Shown here in pieces: positions 25,077 through 34,265 of a stretch of 64,000 nt of DNA; the stretch's first letter is position 1; every line of letters begins with the position of its first letter. Both the position numbers and the translations under genes were made by a program. Where the stretch lies: assembly GCA_963823555.1 (NCBI GenBank), contig CAWGMA010000001.1, positions 1,728,001-1,792,000 of the forward strand, given 5' to 3'. Source of the stretch: Candidatus Eiseniibacteriota bacterium. GTDB taxonomy: Bacteria; Eisenbacteria; RBG-16-71-46; CAVPCR01. Below the pieces are notes generated by a model. The model had not been told where the DNA came from. It did not search any database and worked only from the letters and a program-made list of their open reading frames with translations.

Positions 25077-25568
25077 ATGGGTAGCAAGCAGTCCAAGGCC
25101 TCGGCCAAAAAGAAGTCCGCGCGCACGGCCAAGCCCAAGAACGTAACCGACAGGGCGGTCATCGAGGTTGCCTCCGCTATCATCCAGCGCGAAGGACGTT
25201 ATCTGGTCTCGCAGCGGCCTGAGGGTTCGCATCTCGGTCCATGCTGGGAGTTCCCCGGCGGCAAGCGACTTTCGACCGAGACCATCGAAGAGTGCGCCAT
25301 GCGCAAGGTGCGCGAGGAGCTGGGGATCGAGATCTCCGTCGACAAGCTCTGGCGTGTGATCGAACGCACCTATCCGGAGCGGATTGTTCGCCTTCACTTC
25401 TTCCTGTGCAGCCTCGAATCGGGAACTCCCCGCGCCATCGGCTGCCAGCATTTCCGCTGGATCCAGCCCAGCGAGTTCGGCAACTACGAGTTCCCGCCGG
25501 CCGATCTCGACATCGTCCACGAGTTGGCGCGGAAGAGCCTCCGGATGCAGGCGGCGGCCACCGTCTAG
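25077..25568 (+). CDS. MutT/NudG-like Nudix hydrolase with an altered Nudix box
   Basis: LVSQRPEGSHLGPCWEFPGGK...E...CAMRKVREELGI (RE replaced by RK); FPPAD. Confidence 0.85.
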   Translation: MGSKQSKASAKKKSARTAKPKNVTDRAVIEVASAIIQREGRYLVSQRPEGSHLGPCWEFPGGKRLSTETIEECAMRKVREELGIEISVDKLWRVIERTYPERIVRLHFFLCSLESGTPRAIGCQHFRWIQPSEFGNYEFPPADLDIVHELARKSLRMQAAATV

Positions 25569-25678
25569 GATCAGGCAGGTCCGGCGCGGAGCGCCGCCGG
25601 ATCCGCTCTCACCGGCATCTCCCCCTCTTCTCCCCCTGTTATCGCCGCGCCCTGGAACCTCCAACAACCCGGGAATCC

Positions 25679-26311
25679 ATGAAGATCGACCCCAAGGACA
25701 TGCCTGGCAAGGCCAGTTATTCGCTCCTCATCTCGACGATCGTGCCGCGCCCGATCGCCTGGGTCTCGACCCTGTCCCCGGAAGGGCGCCCGAACCTCGC
25801 CCCGTTCAGCTTCTTCATGGGCGTGAGCTCGGATCCCCCGATGCTCGCGGTCGCCATCGGCCGCCGGCGTGGCGAACCGAAGGACACGGCTCGCAACATC
25901 GAGGCTCGGGGCGAGTTCGTCGTCAACGTCGTGACCGCGGATCTCGGGCCCGCCATGGTGCTCACCTCGGCCGACTTCGGACCCGACCAGGACGAGTTCG
26001 CCGAGGTCGGGCTGACCCCGATCCCCTCCGAACGGGTCTCACCACCTCGGGTCCAGGAGTCGCCGATCCACATGGAGTGCCGGCTCGAGCGTCTGATCGC
26101 GATTGGCCGGTCGGCCACCGCGCTTGCCATCGGGGAAGTGGTCCTGTTCCACGTCGATGACGCCTTGTGGACGGGAAACGACGTGGATATCGCTCGGCTC
26201 AAGCCCCTGGGCCGTCTCGGTGGGACGCTCTATGCGCCGGTCACCGAGGTGCAGGCGATCCCGCGCCCCGCGCTCGACCCCGCGACCGGTCGCCTCCGGG
26301 GTCCGCGCTAG
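25679..26311 (+). CDS. Flavin reductase-like FMN-binding protein (DIM6/NTAB family)
   Basis: IVPRPIAWVST, NLAPFSFF, KDTARNI, EFVVN, PPRVQESP, LGRLGG. Confidence 0.9.
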   Translation: MKIDPKDMPGKASYSLLISTIVPRPIAWVSTLSPEGRPNLAPFSFFMGVSSDPPMLAVAIGRRRGEPKDTARNIEARGEFVVNVVTADLGPAMVLTSADFGPDQDEFAEVGLTPIPSERVSPPRVQESPIHMECRLERLIAIGRSATALAIGEVVLFHVDDALWTGNDVDIARLKPLGRLGGTLYAPVTEVQAIPRPALDPATGRLRGPR

Positions 26312-26338
26312 CAAGACCTGCCCTACCGAAGCGCCTCG

Positions 26339-26776
26339 TCAGGAATCCTCAGCCTGATCGCCGGCTCCGCGGCGCTCGCGCTTGCGCTGGCGTTGCCGAG
26401 CCTTGGCCCGCAGGCGCTCCTCCACCGCGGCACGCGAGGGCTTGGTGGGACGGCGGGGGCGGGGCGGAGTGAGCGCGCGCTCGATGAGGCGGCGCAACCG
26501 GGCGCGGCACTCCTCGAGATTGCGGGCCTGGGTCCGGTACCGCTGGCTCGTCAGGACCAGCTCGCCATCCTGGGTCACTCGACCGCGCGCGAGACGCTCG
26601 ACTCGCGCCTTCACCTCAGGCGACAGCGCCACGGAGGATGCCAGCGCGAAGCGCAGAGTGGCCCGCGTCTCGACCTTGTTGACGTTCTGTCCGCCCGGTC
26701 CGCTGGCGCGCGAGAAGCTGGCAGTGAGGTCGGCCGCTGGAATGACGAGCCCGGACCGGATCTCGAGCGGTTCCAT
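26339..26776 (-). CDS. arfB: Alternative ribosome-rescue peptidyl-tRNA hydrolase
   Basis: FSRASGPGGQNVNK, RTQARN, basic tail PRRPTKPS...RLRAK. Confidence 0.95.
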   Translation of the reverse strand: MEPLEIRSGLVIPAADLTASFSRASGPGGQNVNKVETRATLRFALASSVALSPEVKARVERLARGRVTQDGELVLTSQRYRTQARNLEECRARLRRLIERALTPPRPRRPTKPSRAAVEERLRAKARQRQRKRERRGAGDQAEDS

Positions 26777-26804
26777 CTCCGGCCCTCCCCTGCAGCGCTC
26801 CCCC

Positions 26805-28142
26805 CTACACCGGAAGCCGGAGCGGCTGGGCCATCGTGGCCTCGATCTCGGCGATCTCCTTGGGTACCGCCGCGGTCAGGACCTCTCGGCCCGTCCGGGT
26901 CACGAGGATGTCATCCTCGATGCGCACGCCGATGCCGTGATAGCGCTTGGGAACCCCACGCGATCCAGCCGGGATGTAGATCCCCGGCTCGATCGTGAGA
27001 ACCATGCCGGGCTCGAGGCGCCGCCACCGCTTGCCATTGCGGTAGCTCCCGACATCGTGCACGTCCATGCCGAGCCAGTGGCTGGTCCCGTGCATGAAGA
27101 AGCGCTTGTGCTTCTCCTTCTTGATGAGGTCGCGAACCTCGCCGCGCAAGAGACCGAGCCGAACCAGGCCTCGCGTGATGACCCTGGTTGCGGTGTCGTG
27201 AATGCGATTGAAGGGCGCTCCGGGGCGCACGGCGGCGATCGCGGCCTTCTGGGCGGCGAGCACCACCGAGTAGATGTCGCGCTGGGCGGCGGTGAAGTGC
27301 CCGTTCGCCGGGAAGGTGCGCGTGATATCGCCCGAGAAGAGCTGGTACTCGGCGCCGGCGTCGATCAGGAGGAGCTCACCATCCCGGATCTCGTGGTCGT
27401 TCTCGTTGTAGTGGAGGATCGTGGCGTTCTCCCCGGAGGCCACGATGTGGTTGTAGCCGGGAGAGCGGGCGCCGAGACGCTTGAACACGTATTCGAGCAG
27501 GGCTTCGATCTCGAACTCCATCATCCCGGGCCGGCACGCCCGCATGCTGGCGATGTGGCCGGCAGCACTGATGGCCGCCGCCTTTCGCTGCAACTCGAGA
27601 TCATAGGGCCCCTTGCGCAGCCGCATCTCGTGCAGCACTTCACGCAGATCGAGGACCCCTGCCGGGGGGCGGACTCCGTTCCGCGACTTGCGCCGGAGCC
27701 CGTCGAGAACGGCGTTCACCATGGCATCGAAGTCGGGATACTTGCCTGGAGCCAGGAAGACGCGATCGGCCCCGGCCAGGAGCTGCGGCAGCTCGGCGTC
27801 CAGTTCGGCGATGGGATGGGCGATGTCCGCCCCGAAGATCTTTCGCGCCCCGTCGGGCCCGTGCCGCCGGCCGTCCCAGGTCTCCCGCTCCGGGTCGCGA
27901 GGCTGAACGAAGAGCACGAACGGTTGCTTGTGGCCCGGACGGAGGACCGCCACCGCATTCGGCTCAGCGAATCCTGTGAGATAGAAGAAATCGCTGTCGG
28001 GGCGGTAGGGATACTCGGTGTCGTTGGAGCGAGTACGCTGCGGTGCGGTCGGAATGAGCGCAACGCCCTTGCGAAGGACACGCATCAGCTCGCGGCGACG
28101 GCGACTGAAGACTTCGAGATCAAGCCGACCCTTGGTGCTCAT
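26805..28142 (-). CDS. pepP: Xaa-Pro aminopeptidase
   Basis: SDFFYLTGFAEP, MRLRK, ILHY, IDAG, DITRTFP, HGTSHWLGMDVHD, TIEPGIY, GVRIEDD; start ATG 28142. Confidence 0.94.
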   Translation of the reverse strand: MSTKGRLDLEVFSRRRRELMRVLRKGVALIPTAPQRTRSNDTEYPYRPDSDFFYLTGFAEPNAVAVLRPGHKQPFVLFVQPRDPERETWDGRRHGPDGARKIFGADIAHPIAELDAELPQLLAGADRVFLAPGKYPDFDAMVNAVLDGLRRKSRNGVRPPAGVLDLREVLHEMRLRKGPYDLELQRKAAAISAAGHIASMRACRPGMMEFEIEALLEYVFKRLGARSPGYNHIVASGENATILHYNENDHEIRDGELLLIDAGAEYQLFSGDITRTFPANGHFTAAQRDIYSVVLAAQKAAIAAVRPGAPFNRIHDTATRVITRGLVRLGLLRGEVRDLIKKEKHKRFFMHGTSHWLGMDVHDVGSYRNGKRWRRLEPGMVLTIEPGIYIPAGSRGVPKRYHGIGVRIEDDILVTRTGREVLTAAVPKEIAEIEATMAQPLRLPV

Positions 28143-28428
28143 CGAACTCACTCCTTGCAGAAGGCGGGTCGCCATCAGGAGCTCCAGCATGGACAGGGAG
28201 CGCCTGAATCGACCCGGACGAAAACGGGCGGCACAGTGTACCAGGACGATGCTCGCCCCCGGGAGGCGCGCTCGCCCAGCTCGAGAGCGGCCCCGGTGGC
28301 CGCTCCCGGCCCGGCCGGCCAGGGTTCCGTCAGCCTGCCTTCTTGACAATCGGACCCCCACCCTGTGGCATGATACAAAGGACCGACGGCCAGGGCGAGC
28401 AGCGCTCGAAACCATGGAGAAGGCGCCC

Positions 28429-29301
28429 ATGATCGAAGAACACTGGAATCTCCTGCACGCGCCCTTCACTCTGGACCCGGACGTCCGGTTCCTGTTCGAG
28501 TCGGCGGGCCATCGGGAAGGCCTGGCTCGCCTCCTCTTCGCCGTGCGCGAGCTACGCGGAGGGATCACGCTCCTCACGGGCGAGATCGGCTGCGGCAAGA
28601 CGACTCTGGCCCGCACGCTGTTCCGCCTGCTGCCGCCCGAGCATTTCCGCGCGGCCTTCATCGGCAACCCGCTCTTGCCGGTCGCCCAGTTGCTCGCGGT
28701 CACGCTCCGCGAGTTCGGAGCCATGAGAGCGCGCGGCAACAAGGCCACCCAGAGTGCTGCGCTCCAGGCCTATCTCACCGAGCTCAGCGGCAAGCATCTG
28801 GCTCCGGTGCTGGTGGTCGATGAGGCGCAGCTCCTGGGCCGCCCGCAGCTCGAGGAGCTGCGCCTGCTCACGAATCTGGAAACCAGTGAGCGGAAGTTGC
28901 TGCACCTTGTCCTCCTCGGGCAACCTGAGCTGGCCCAGCGCGCATCGCGATTCCCGGAGCTGGCGCAGCGCATCACGATGCGATTCCACCTGCGGCCGCT
29001 CGGCCTCGTCGAGACCGGGCGCTACATCGATCACCGCCTGCGCGTCGCGGGCGCCAGCTATCCCATCTTCACCGACAGCGCAACCGCCGAGGTCTACCGT
29101 CACTCCGGTGGCGTGCCCCGTCTCATCAACATTCTGTGCGCGCACGCGCTCTTCCTGGCTGCGGCTGATCGCCGCGCCCAGGTCGATGCCGCCTTCGTGG
29201 CCAGCGCCGCGCGTGAACTCGATCCACACGGCGACCAGCGACCCCAATCCGCCGCGAGCACCCCACGCGACCGCGACCCGGTCCATCAGGAGCAGGGATG
29301 A
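28429..29301 (+). CDS. ExeA/GspA-type AAA ATPase (ATPase domain only)
   Basis: HWNLLHAPF...PD, TGEIGCGKTT (Walker A), VVDEAQ (Walker B), LRLLTNLE, LLGQPEL, QRI, YIDHRL, GGVPRLINILC; GGAGAAGG SD. Confidence 0.9.
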   Translation: MIEEHWNLLHAPFTLDPDVRFLFESAGHREGLARLLFAVRELRGGITLLTGEIGCGKTTLARTLFRLLPPEHFRAAFIGNPLLPVAQLLAVTLREFGAMRARGNKATQSAALQAYLTELSGKHLAPVLVVDEAQLLGRPQLEELRLLTNLETSERKLLHLVLLGQPELAQRASRFPELAQRITMRFHLRPLGLVETGRYIDHRLRVAGASYPIFTDSATAEVYRHSGGVPRLINILCAHALFLAAADRRAQVDAAFVASAARELDPHGDQRPQSAASTPRDRDPVHQEQG

Positions 29302-29921
29302 ACGAACCGCTTCCCAAGAAGGTCGAAACAGGGATCGACAGCGAGGAGCAGGCGCTTCCGGCCAGCTACACGAGATTCCTCGACCGGTGGCCCGAGGTGG
29401 CCGGCGGCCCCTCGGCCCGTCCCACCCAGCCAGAAGCGACAGGAAGCAAGGAAGCCCCGGGCGACGCCGCGAAGCCTGACACCGCCCGCAAGCGGCGCCG
29501 CCGGGCGCGGCCCCCCCGCACGGCGACCGGGTCCCGAGCCTCGGGGCCGTTCGTCGCCCCGCGCCGGAGGGCGTCCACCGAGAGCATCAAGGTGCGCCTT
29601 GCTCCGGAGCAGCTGTACTGGCTCCGCCTGACCGCCGCCCGCGCCGGACGCAAGGTGAACGAGTCGATGATCGTCGCCGCCGGTCTCCGCGTCATCGAGT
29701 GGCTGAATCTCGATTGGCGGTGCATCGACTCACGCACCGCCATCGCCGCCGCCCTCGCCGAGGCCCTCTCGCCCGAAGGGCCGGAGCGCAGCGCGGCGGA
29801 TCTCGAGGGAGAGTGGGGCAAGCTGGAAGCCAGCGTCCGCAGGGAAGCGGCAACGCCGCCTCCGCCACCTCCCCCCGCCGCGAGCGAACCCCATCCCGAG
29901 CCCGGAGCCACGGAGGCCTAA
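29298..29921 (+). CDS. Hypothetical protein with disordered ends and a possible ribbon-helix-helix core
   Basis: ATG overlaps the ATPase TGA; core ESIKVRLAPEQLYWLRLTAARAGRKVNESMIVAAGLRVI fits beta-alpha-alpha. Confidence 0.6.
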   Translation: MNEPLPKKVETGIDSEEQALPASYTRFLDRWPEVAGGPSARPTQPEATGSKEAPGDAAKPDTARKRRRRARPPRTATGSRASGPFVAPRRRASTESIKVRLAPEQLYWLRLTAARAGRKVNESMIVAAGLRVIEWLNLDWRCIDSRTAIAAALAEALSPEGPERSAADLEGEWGKLEASVRREAATPPPPPPPAASEPHPEPGATEA

Positions 29922-29924
29922 CGG

Positions 29925-30416
29925 ATGGCGGCGGCGCAGGGACTGGCGGGCGTGGGTCCGGAAACCCCACTCGTCACCTTTCTCCGGATGCTCATTCTCA
30001 GACGGCTCGATCGGATGATGGCGCACTTCCCGGGCACACTCGCGGGTGACATCGAGGAGTTGCACAACATGCGTGTGGACTCACGTCGCCTGCGCAGCGC
30101 CCTTCTTCTCGGGCGCGATCTCTTTCCCGCTCGCCGCCGCTACCGCCGCTTCGAACGCCGGATCACCCGCTTCACGCGCGCGCTCGGTCATGTTCGCGAT
30201 CTCGACGTCATGCTGCTCTACCTCGAGGGCGAACGCGCCGCGGCTTCGCCCGCGGAGATCCCGCACCTCGACCGTCTGGCGGCCCACATCGATGGCCGGC
30301 GCGCGGAACGCCGTGAAGCCATGAACGAGGCCCTGCACGTTCTCGGCAGCCCCGAGAAACTCAAGCGCATGGCCTCAATGTTCGAGGACTCTGCTAGTAT
30401 GGAGCGGCCGGTATGA
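29925..30416 (+). CDS. Half-CHAD protein (N-half type)
   Basis: DIEELHNMRVDSRRLRSAL...LGHVRDLDV; 163 aa. Confidence 0.85.
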   Translation: MAAAQGLAGVGPETPLVTFLRMLILRRLDRMMAHFPGTLAGDIEELHNMRVDSRRLRSALLLGRDLFPARRRYRRFERRITRFTRALGHVRDLDVMLLYLEGERAAASPAEIPHLDRLAAHIDGRRAERREAMNEALHVLGSPEKLKRMASMFEDSASMERPV

Positions 30417-31033
30417 CGCGGCCCAGCCCTATCCTCGGGCTCGACCCGGGAGAGCCGGTCATCGAAGGAGCTCGGCACATCCTCCCGGTTCGTCTCGATG
30501 AGCTCTATGGCTTCGCCCCGGCGGTGACCGACCCGGCACAGGAACAAGCGCACCATGACATGCGCATCGCCGCCAAACGGCTGCGCTACACGATGGAGAT
30601 CTTCCGTTTCCTCTTTCCACCCGGTTTCCGCGACCTGACCCGCAAGGTGCGCCGGATCCAGGACACCCTGGGTCTCGTTCATGACTACGACGTCTTCGTG
30701 CCATTCCTGTCCCGTTACCTGGACGGGCGCCGCCTCGATGCGGAGAGCGAGCTCCGCCGGCGGATGTTCCCTGGCGGCAACGGAGGCCGGAGCCCGGTCT
30801 CCATTGGCGAGATTCGCATGGTGATCGAGAAGACCGGCGGCGCCGACGAGCGCGAGGCCATCCTGCATCTGATCGAGCGCACGCGGGCCCACCGGCGCGA
30901 AACCTTCGCCGAGTTCCAGAACTACTGGCAGTCCCTGATGGAAGAGGATTTTCGCGGCACCGTGCTCGCGATGATCGGGCTGTCGACCTTCACCACCGGG
31001 CCGCCGGGCAGTCACCCGGCTACGGCGACCTGA
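30413..31033 (+). CDS. Half-CHAD protein (C-half type)
   Basis: HHDMRIAAKRLRYTME...IQDTLGLVHDYDV; own GGAG SD; ATGA overlap. Confidence 0.85.
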   Translation: MTRPSPILGLDPGEPVIEGARHILPVRLDELYGFAPAVTDPAQEQAHHDMRIAAKRLRYTMEIFRFLFPPGFRDLTRKVRRIQDTLGLVHDYDVFVPFLSRYLDGRRLDAESELRRRMFPGGNGGRSPVSIGEIRMVIEKTGGADEREAILHLIERTRAHRRETFAEFQNYWQSLMEEDFRGTVLAMIGLSTFTTGPPGSHPATAT

Positions 31034-31223
31034 GGACGGACGAGCATGCATCTCCCCCCGCTCCCCCAGCACTCAGGGCGCTCCCTCCAGCTCCCTGGGG
31101 GTCATTCTCCCCATCCTCCGGGGTGGAATGACGATTGCATTGCCATGCCCCGTGGCGCTCGAACCGAGCACCGGCGCCGCTCCTTGCCCACCTATTTCAC
31201 CTGCAACTTGGGAATACGACACC

Positions 31224-33305
31224 ATGGCATTTGACCCAGCCTCGACGACTCGCACCCTGCATGCCCGTATACAGCGAACCGCCTGGTTGCGATCCACGGG
31301 AAGCAGGGCCGCGGCCGGCCTCCGCTATGCGATCGCCGCTCTCGCCCTGGCCGCGATGACGGGAGGTGCCGGGGTCTCCCCCGCCAGTGCCGGCGACCCG
31401 TTCACGAGTTCCTATCCCCATCTCTTCTACGACGACACGGGATGGCTCGACGGTCAGCTCGAGGTCATTGCCCACTTCGACGTGCTCACGACCGCGTTCT
31501 GGAACGGCGAGGGCGAGAGAGCGGCTCGGCTCGATTCGCTCCGGCTCATGAACCCGGATCTCGTCCGGCTCGCCTATTTCAACCTCGCCGGGAAGAGCTT
31601 GCCCGAGGTCGTCGATCCCGATCATGTCGTGAACCGCCTGGGCCGCGGCATCGCCGACGAGTGGTTGGCGCGCAACGAGCACGGTGAGCTCATCTACTGG
31701 GATCCGCGCGCTCCCAACGCCGTGCTCCTCAACGTCTCGACCAAGTGCCCGCGGGTGAACGGCAAGACCTGGGGCGAGTTCGCCGCTGATTTCATGATCG
31801 ACGAGGTCCTCCCCGCCGGACGCTGGGAAGGCCTCATGATGGACAACGTGTGGAGCGGCGCCTCCTGGATGAACGCGTCGATTCCGGGCTCCCTCGACCT
31901 CGACCTGAACGGCGTCCCCGATCATCCCGATTCGGCCGACGCCTGGTGGACCGCTGGATTGAACCTCATGCTCGAGCGCTTCCACGCTCGGGTCGGCCCC
32001 AATGTCATCGCCATCGGCAACGGCAACGGTCGCCACTTCTCGCTCCTGAACGGGCGTTACTTCGAGGACTTCCCCAACCGCGAGGGCTGGTCGGGGAGCC
32101 TGATCCAGGCGGCCGACTGGCAGGCGCACGGCCAGAACCCGGTGCTTCTCGCCGGCGTGACGCGCTCGACCGAGGGCGATTTCAAGCTCATGCGCTACGG
32201 CCTCACCACCGCCCTGATGGGGGGCATCTTCAGCTTCCATTACGCCGGAGAGCATTCCTGGCCCAACCCGGTCCTCTATGACGAGTACCTCGTCGACCTC
32301 GGCCAGCCCATCGGACCGCCGCGCGAGCTCGGGATCGATATCATCGGGACGGCCGATTTCGAGACCGGCCTGCCCGCCTCCTTCCCCGGCGCCTGCAGCG
32401 GCGGCCAGGCCGTATGGACCACCAATCCCCAGTATGTGGTCGAGGGGAATGCCTCCCTGCTCGGCCTGTTCGGCAACGATCCGGGAGTCTGGCACCTCTT
32501 CCTGTGCTCGGATCCCTCGGAGCTCGCCCTGACCCCGAATGCCACCTATACGCTGTCCTTCAAGTACCGTGTGGTGAGTGAACCGCCGGGGAACGGCTAC
32601 TTCTACGTGGGGGCGCGATCGAACGTGAACCAGACCGCCTCCAACCGTAACCTCCTCATCATCGACCCGCCCGTGGGAACCGTGGGTGAGGCGCGCGGGG
32701 ATGTCACTCTCGGTCCATATTCCGGCTATTACCTGTACTTCGGGATGCTGAACGGCGGCTCGATCGTCATCGATTCGATCCAGATCGTGAGCGGGCGCGG
32801 CGGCATCTTCCGCCGTGACTTCGAGAACGGTGTCGCGCTCGTGAATCCGACCACCGGGCCGATGAGTGTGACTCTCGAGAGCGGTCTCTATCGCATCGAT
32901 GGCACCGTGGATCCGCAGACCAACAACGGTGAGGCGACGAGCTTCGTCGTGCTTCCCGGCGCCGATGGCCTCGTTCTGATGCGCGGTCCAGCCGGCGTCG
33001 AACACCCGGGAAGCCCGGAGACCCCGCGCGCGCCGGGTCTCGTTTACGGTTATCCTAACCCAGCCCTGGTCGCGGACCACCAGTCGGTGTCGATCGCCGG
33101 GGTCCCAACGGGGGGCTCGGTCACCATCGTGGCCCCCACGGGTCGCATCCTCCGCCGCATCACGCGGCCCGACGCCACCGGCACCTGGGCCTGGGACTTC
33201 CGGACGGCGCAGGGGCGGACGGTACCCGCCGGCATCTACATGGCAGCCGTGCGAGACGCCACCAACCGCATGATCGGCACCACGCGCCTCGCCATCGGCC
33301 ACTAG
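31224..33305 (+). CDS. Secreted putative glycoside hydrolase (GHL15-like) with an inserted CBM-like module and a T9SS/FlgD-type C-terminal domain
   Basis: Signal peptide; WEGLMMDN, IGNG, NGRYFEDFP, MRYGLTTALM, YDEY...LGQP, FRRDFENGVALVNP; tail YPNP...WDFRTAQGRTVPAGIY. Confidence 0.65.
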   Translation: MAFDPASTTRTLHARIQRTAWLRSTGSRAAAGLRYAIAALALAAMTGGAGVSPASAGDPFTSSYPHLFYDDTGWLDGQLEVIAHFDVLTTAFWNGEGERAARLDSLRLMNPDLVRLAYFNLAGKSLPEVVDPDHVVNRLGRGIADEWLARNEHGELIYWDPRAPNAVLLNVSTKCPRVNGKTWGEFAADFMIDEVLPAGRWEGLMMDNVWSGASWMNASIPGSLDLDLNGVPDHPDSADAWWTAGLNLMLERFHARVGPNVIAIGNGNGRHFSLLNGRYFEDFPNREGWSGSLIQAADWQAHGQNPVLLAGVTRSTEGDFKLMRYGLTTALMGGIFSFHYAGEHSWPNPVLYDEYLVDLGQPIGPPRELGIDIIGTADFETGLPASFPGACSGGQAVWTTNPQYVVEGNASLLGLFGNDPGVWHLFLCSDPSELALTPNATYTLSFKYRVVSEPPGNGYFYVGARSNVNQTASNRNLLIIDPPVGTVGEARGDVTLGPYSGYYLYFGMLNGGSIVIDSIQIVSGRGGIFRRDFENGVALVNPTTGPMSVTLESGLYRIDGTVDPQTNNGEATSFVVLPGADGLVLMRGPAGVEHPGSPETPRAPGLVYGYPNPALVADHQSVSIAGVPTGGSVTIVAPTGRILRRITRPDATGTWAWDFRTAQGRTVPAGIYMAAVRDATNRMIGTTRLAIGH

Positions 33306-33316
33306 CGCCGCAGCCG

Positions 33317-33634
33317 CTAGACATCGACGAGGATATCGTCGATCCAGGACAGGGCCGCCATCATCCGCGGGAAACCGATCGTCGTCGTCGACAGGAGAGC
33401 GGCATGGCGGATTTCCTCCGCGCTCGCCCCGGCCTCGATCGCCTTGCGCGTATGTGAGTGAACAGCGCCCTCGTGCTGCATGCCGATCGCCACGCCGAGC
33501 TTGATCAGTGCCCGCGTACGCCCATCCAGCGGCCCGGCCGTCTGGCAGGCGGCACCGAGCGCCGTGTACGCCTCGGCGACCTTCGGCTGTTCCTCCATGA
33601 AGCGCTGATACCTTCCCGGCAGCTTGGTCCTCAT
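33317..33634 (-). CDS. Carboxymuconolactone decarboxylase (CMD/AhpD) family protein without CxxC
   Basis: GPLDGRTRALIKLGVAIG...AVHSHTRKAIEAGAS.EEIRH...TIGFP; GAAGGAGG SD. Confidence 0.9.
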   Translation of the reverse strand: MRTKLPGRYQRFMEEQPKVAEAYTALGAACQTAGPLDGRTRALIKLGVAIGMQHEGAVHSHTRKAIEAGASAEEIRHAALLSTTTIGFPRMMAALSWIDDILVDV

Positions 33635-33658
33635 GATCCCTCCTTCCGGCTGGGCCCC

Positions 33659-33712
33659 GGGTGCCGGCCATGGCGCGGCCGGCACCCGCGGGCGTATGGT
33701 AATCGACCATAC
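33659..33712. repeat. Two inverted repeats between the divergent CMD genes
   Basis: GGGTGCCGGCC-N7-GGCCGGCACCC (33659-33687) and GTATGGT-N5-ACCATAC (33694-33712). Confidence 0.7.
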
Positions 33713-33761
33713 CCCCCAACGACCAGCCGGCGCCGGCTTACGGCGCGGAAGGAGGACCATG

Positions 33762-34133
33762 ATGGCAACGAAACTCGAGACCTTCCACGCCTACCGCGAA
33801 CAGATGAATGCGCGCATTCTCGAGACCGGGAACCTCGAGACCAAGCGATTCTTCGCCCTCGATTCCCGCACCTACGAAGACGGCGCTCTCAGTGCCCGTA
33901 CCAAGGAGCTCCTTGGTCTCGTGGCCTCGGCTGTCCTGCGCTGTGACGACTGCATCACCTATCATCTGGTGCAGGCGGCGCGCGCCGGGATCACGCGATC
34001 CGAGATGGTCGAAGCGCTCAATGTGGCTCTCATCGTCGGTGGCTCGATCGTGATCCCGCATCTCAGGCGGGCCTACGAGACGATCGACGAACTGGGCGTG
34101 GAGCCGGGAACGGAGGGCGGAGGGCAAACGTAG
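33762..34133 (+). CDS. CMD/AhpD family protein with CxxC
   Basis: DGALSARTKELLGLVASAVLRCDDCITYH...VGGSIVIPH; GGAGG SD. Confidence 0.9.
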   Translation: MATKLETFHAYREQMNARILETGNLETKRFFALDSRTYEDGALSARTKELLGLVASAVLRCDDCITYHLVQAARAGITRSEMVEALNVALIVGGSIVIPHLRRAYETIDELGVEPGTEGGGQT

Positions 34134-34265
34134 GTTCTCTGCACAACCCCACGATCCGCTGCCGCGCGGCACTCCTTGTGTTGCACGCCTCCTCTGGCCC
34201 AAGGCATACTTCGGAGTGCAAGAACGCGCCTCGAATGACACATGCAGATGAGAATCGAGGAATGG

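Noticed and set aside
28343..28374. TTGACA...CATGAT promoter for the ExeA operon
   Set aside because: The spacer is 20 bp, too long for a canonical pairing; only an extended -10 is plausible.
20396..33719. Long alternative ORFs (20396-22435+, 26382-28346+, 31197-33719-; likewise 15838-17577- and 38020-39678+)
   Set aside because: Antisense to well-supported genes; expected from stop-codon scarcity at high GC.
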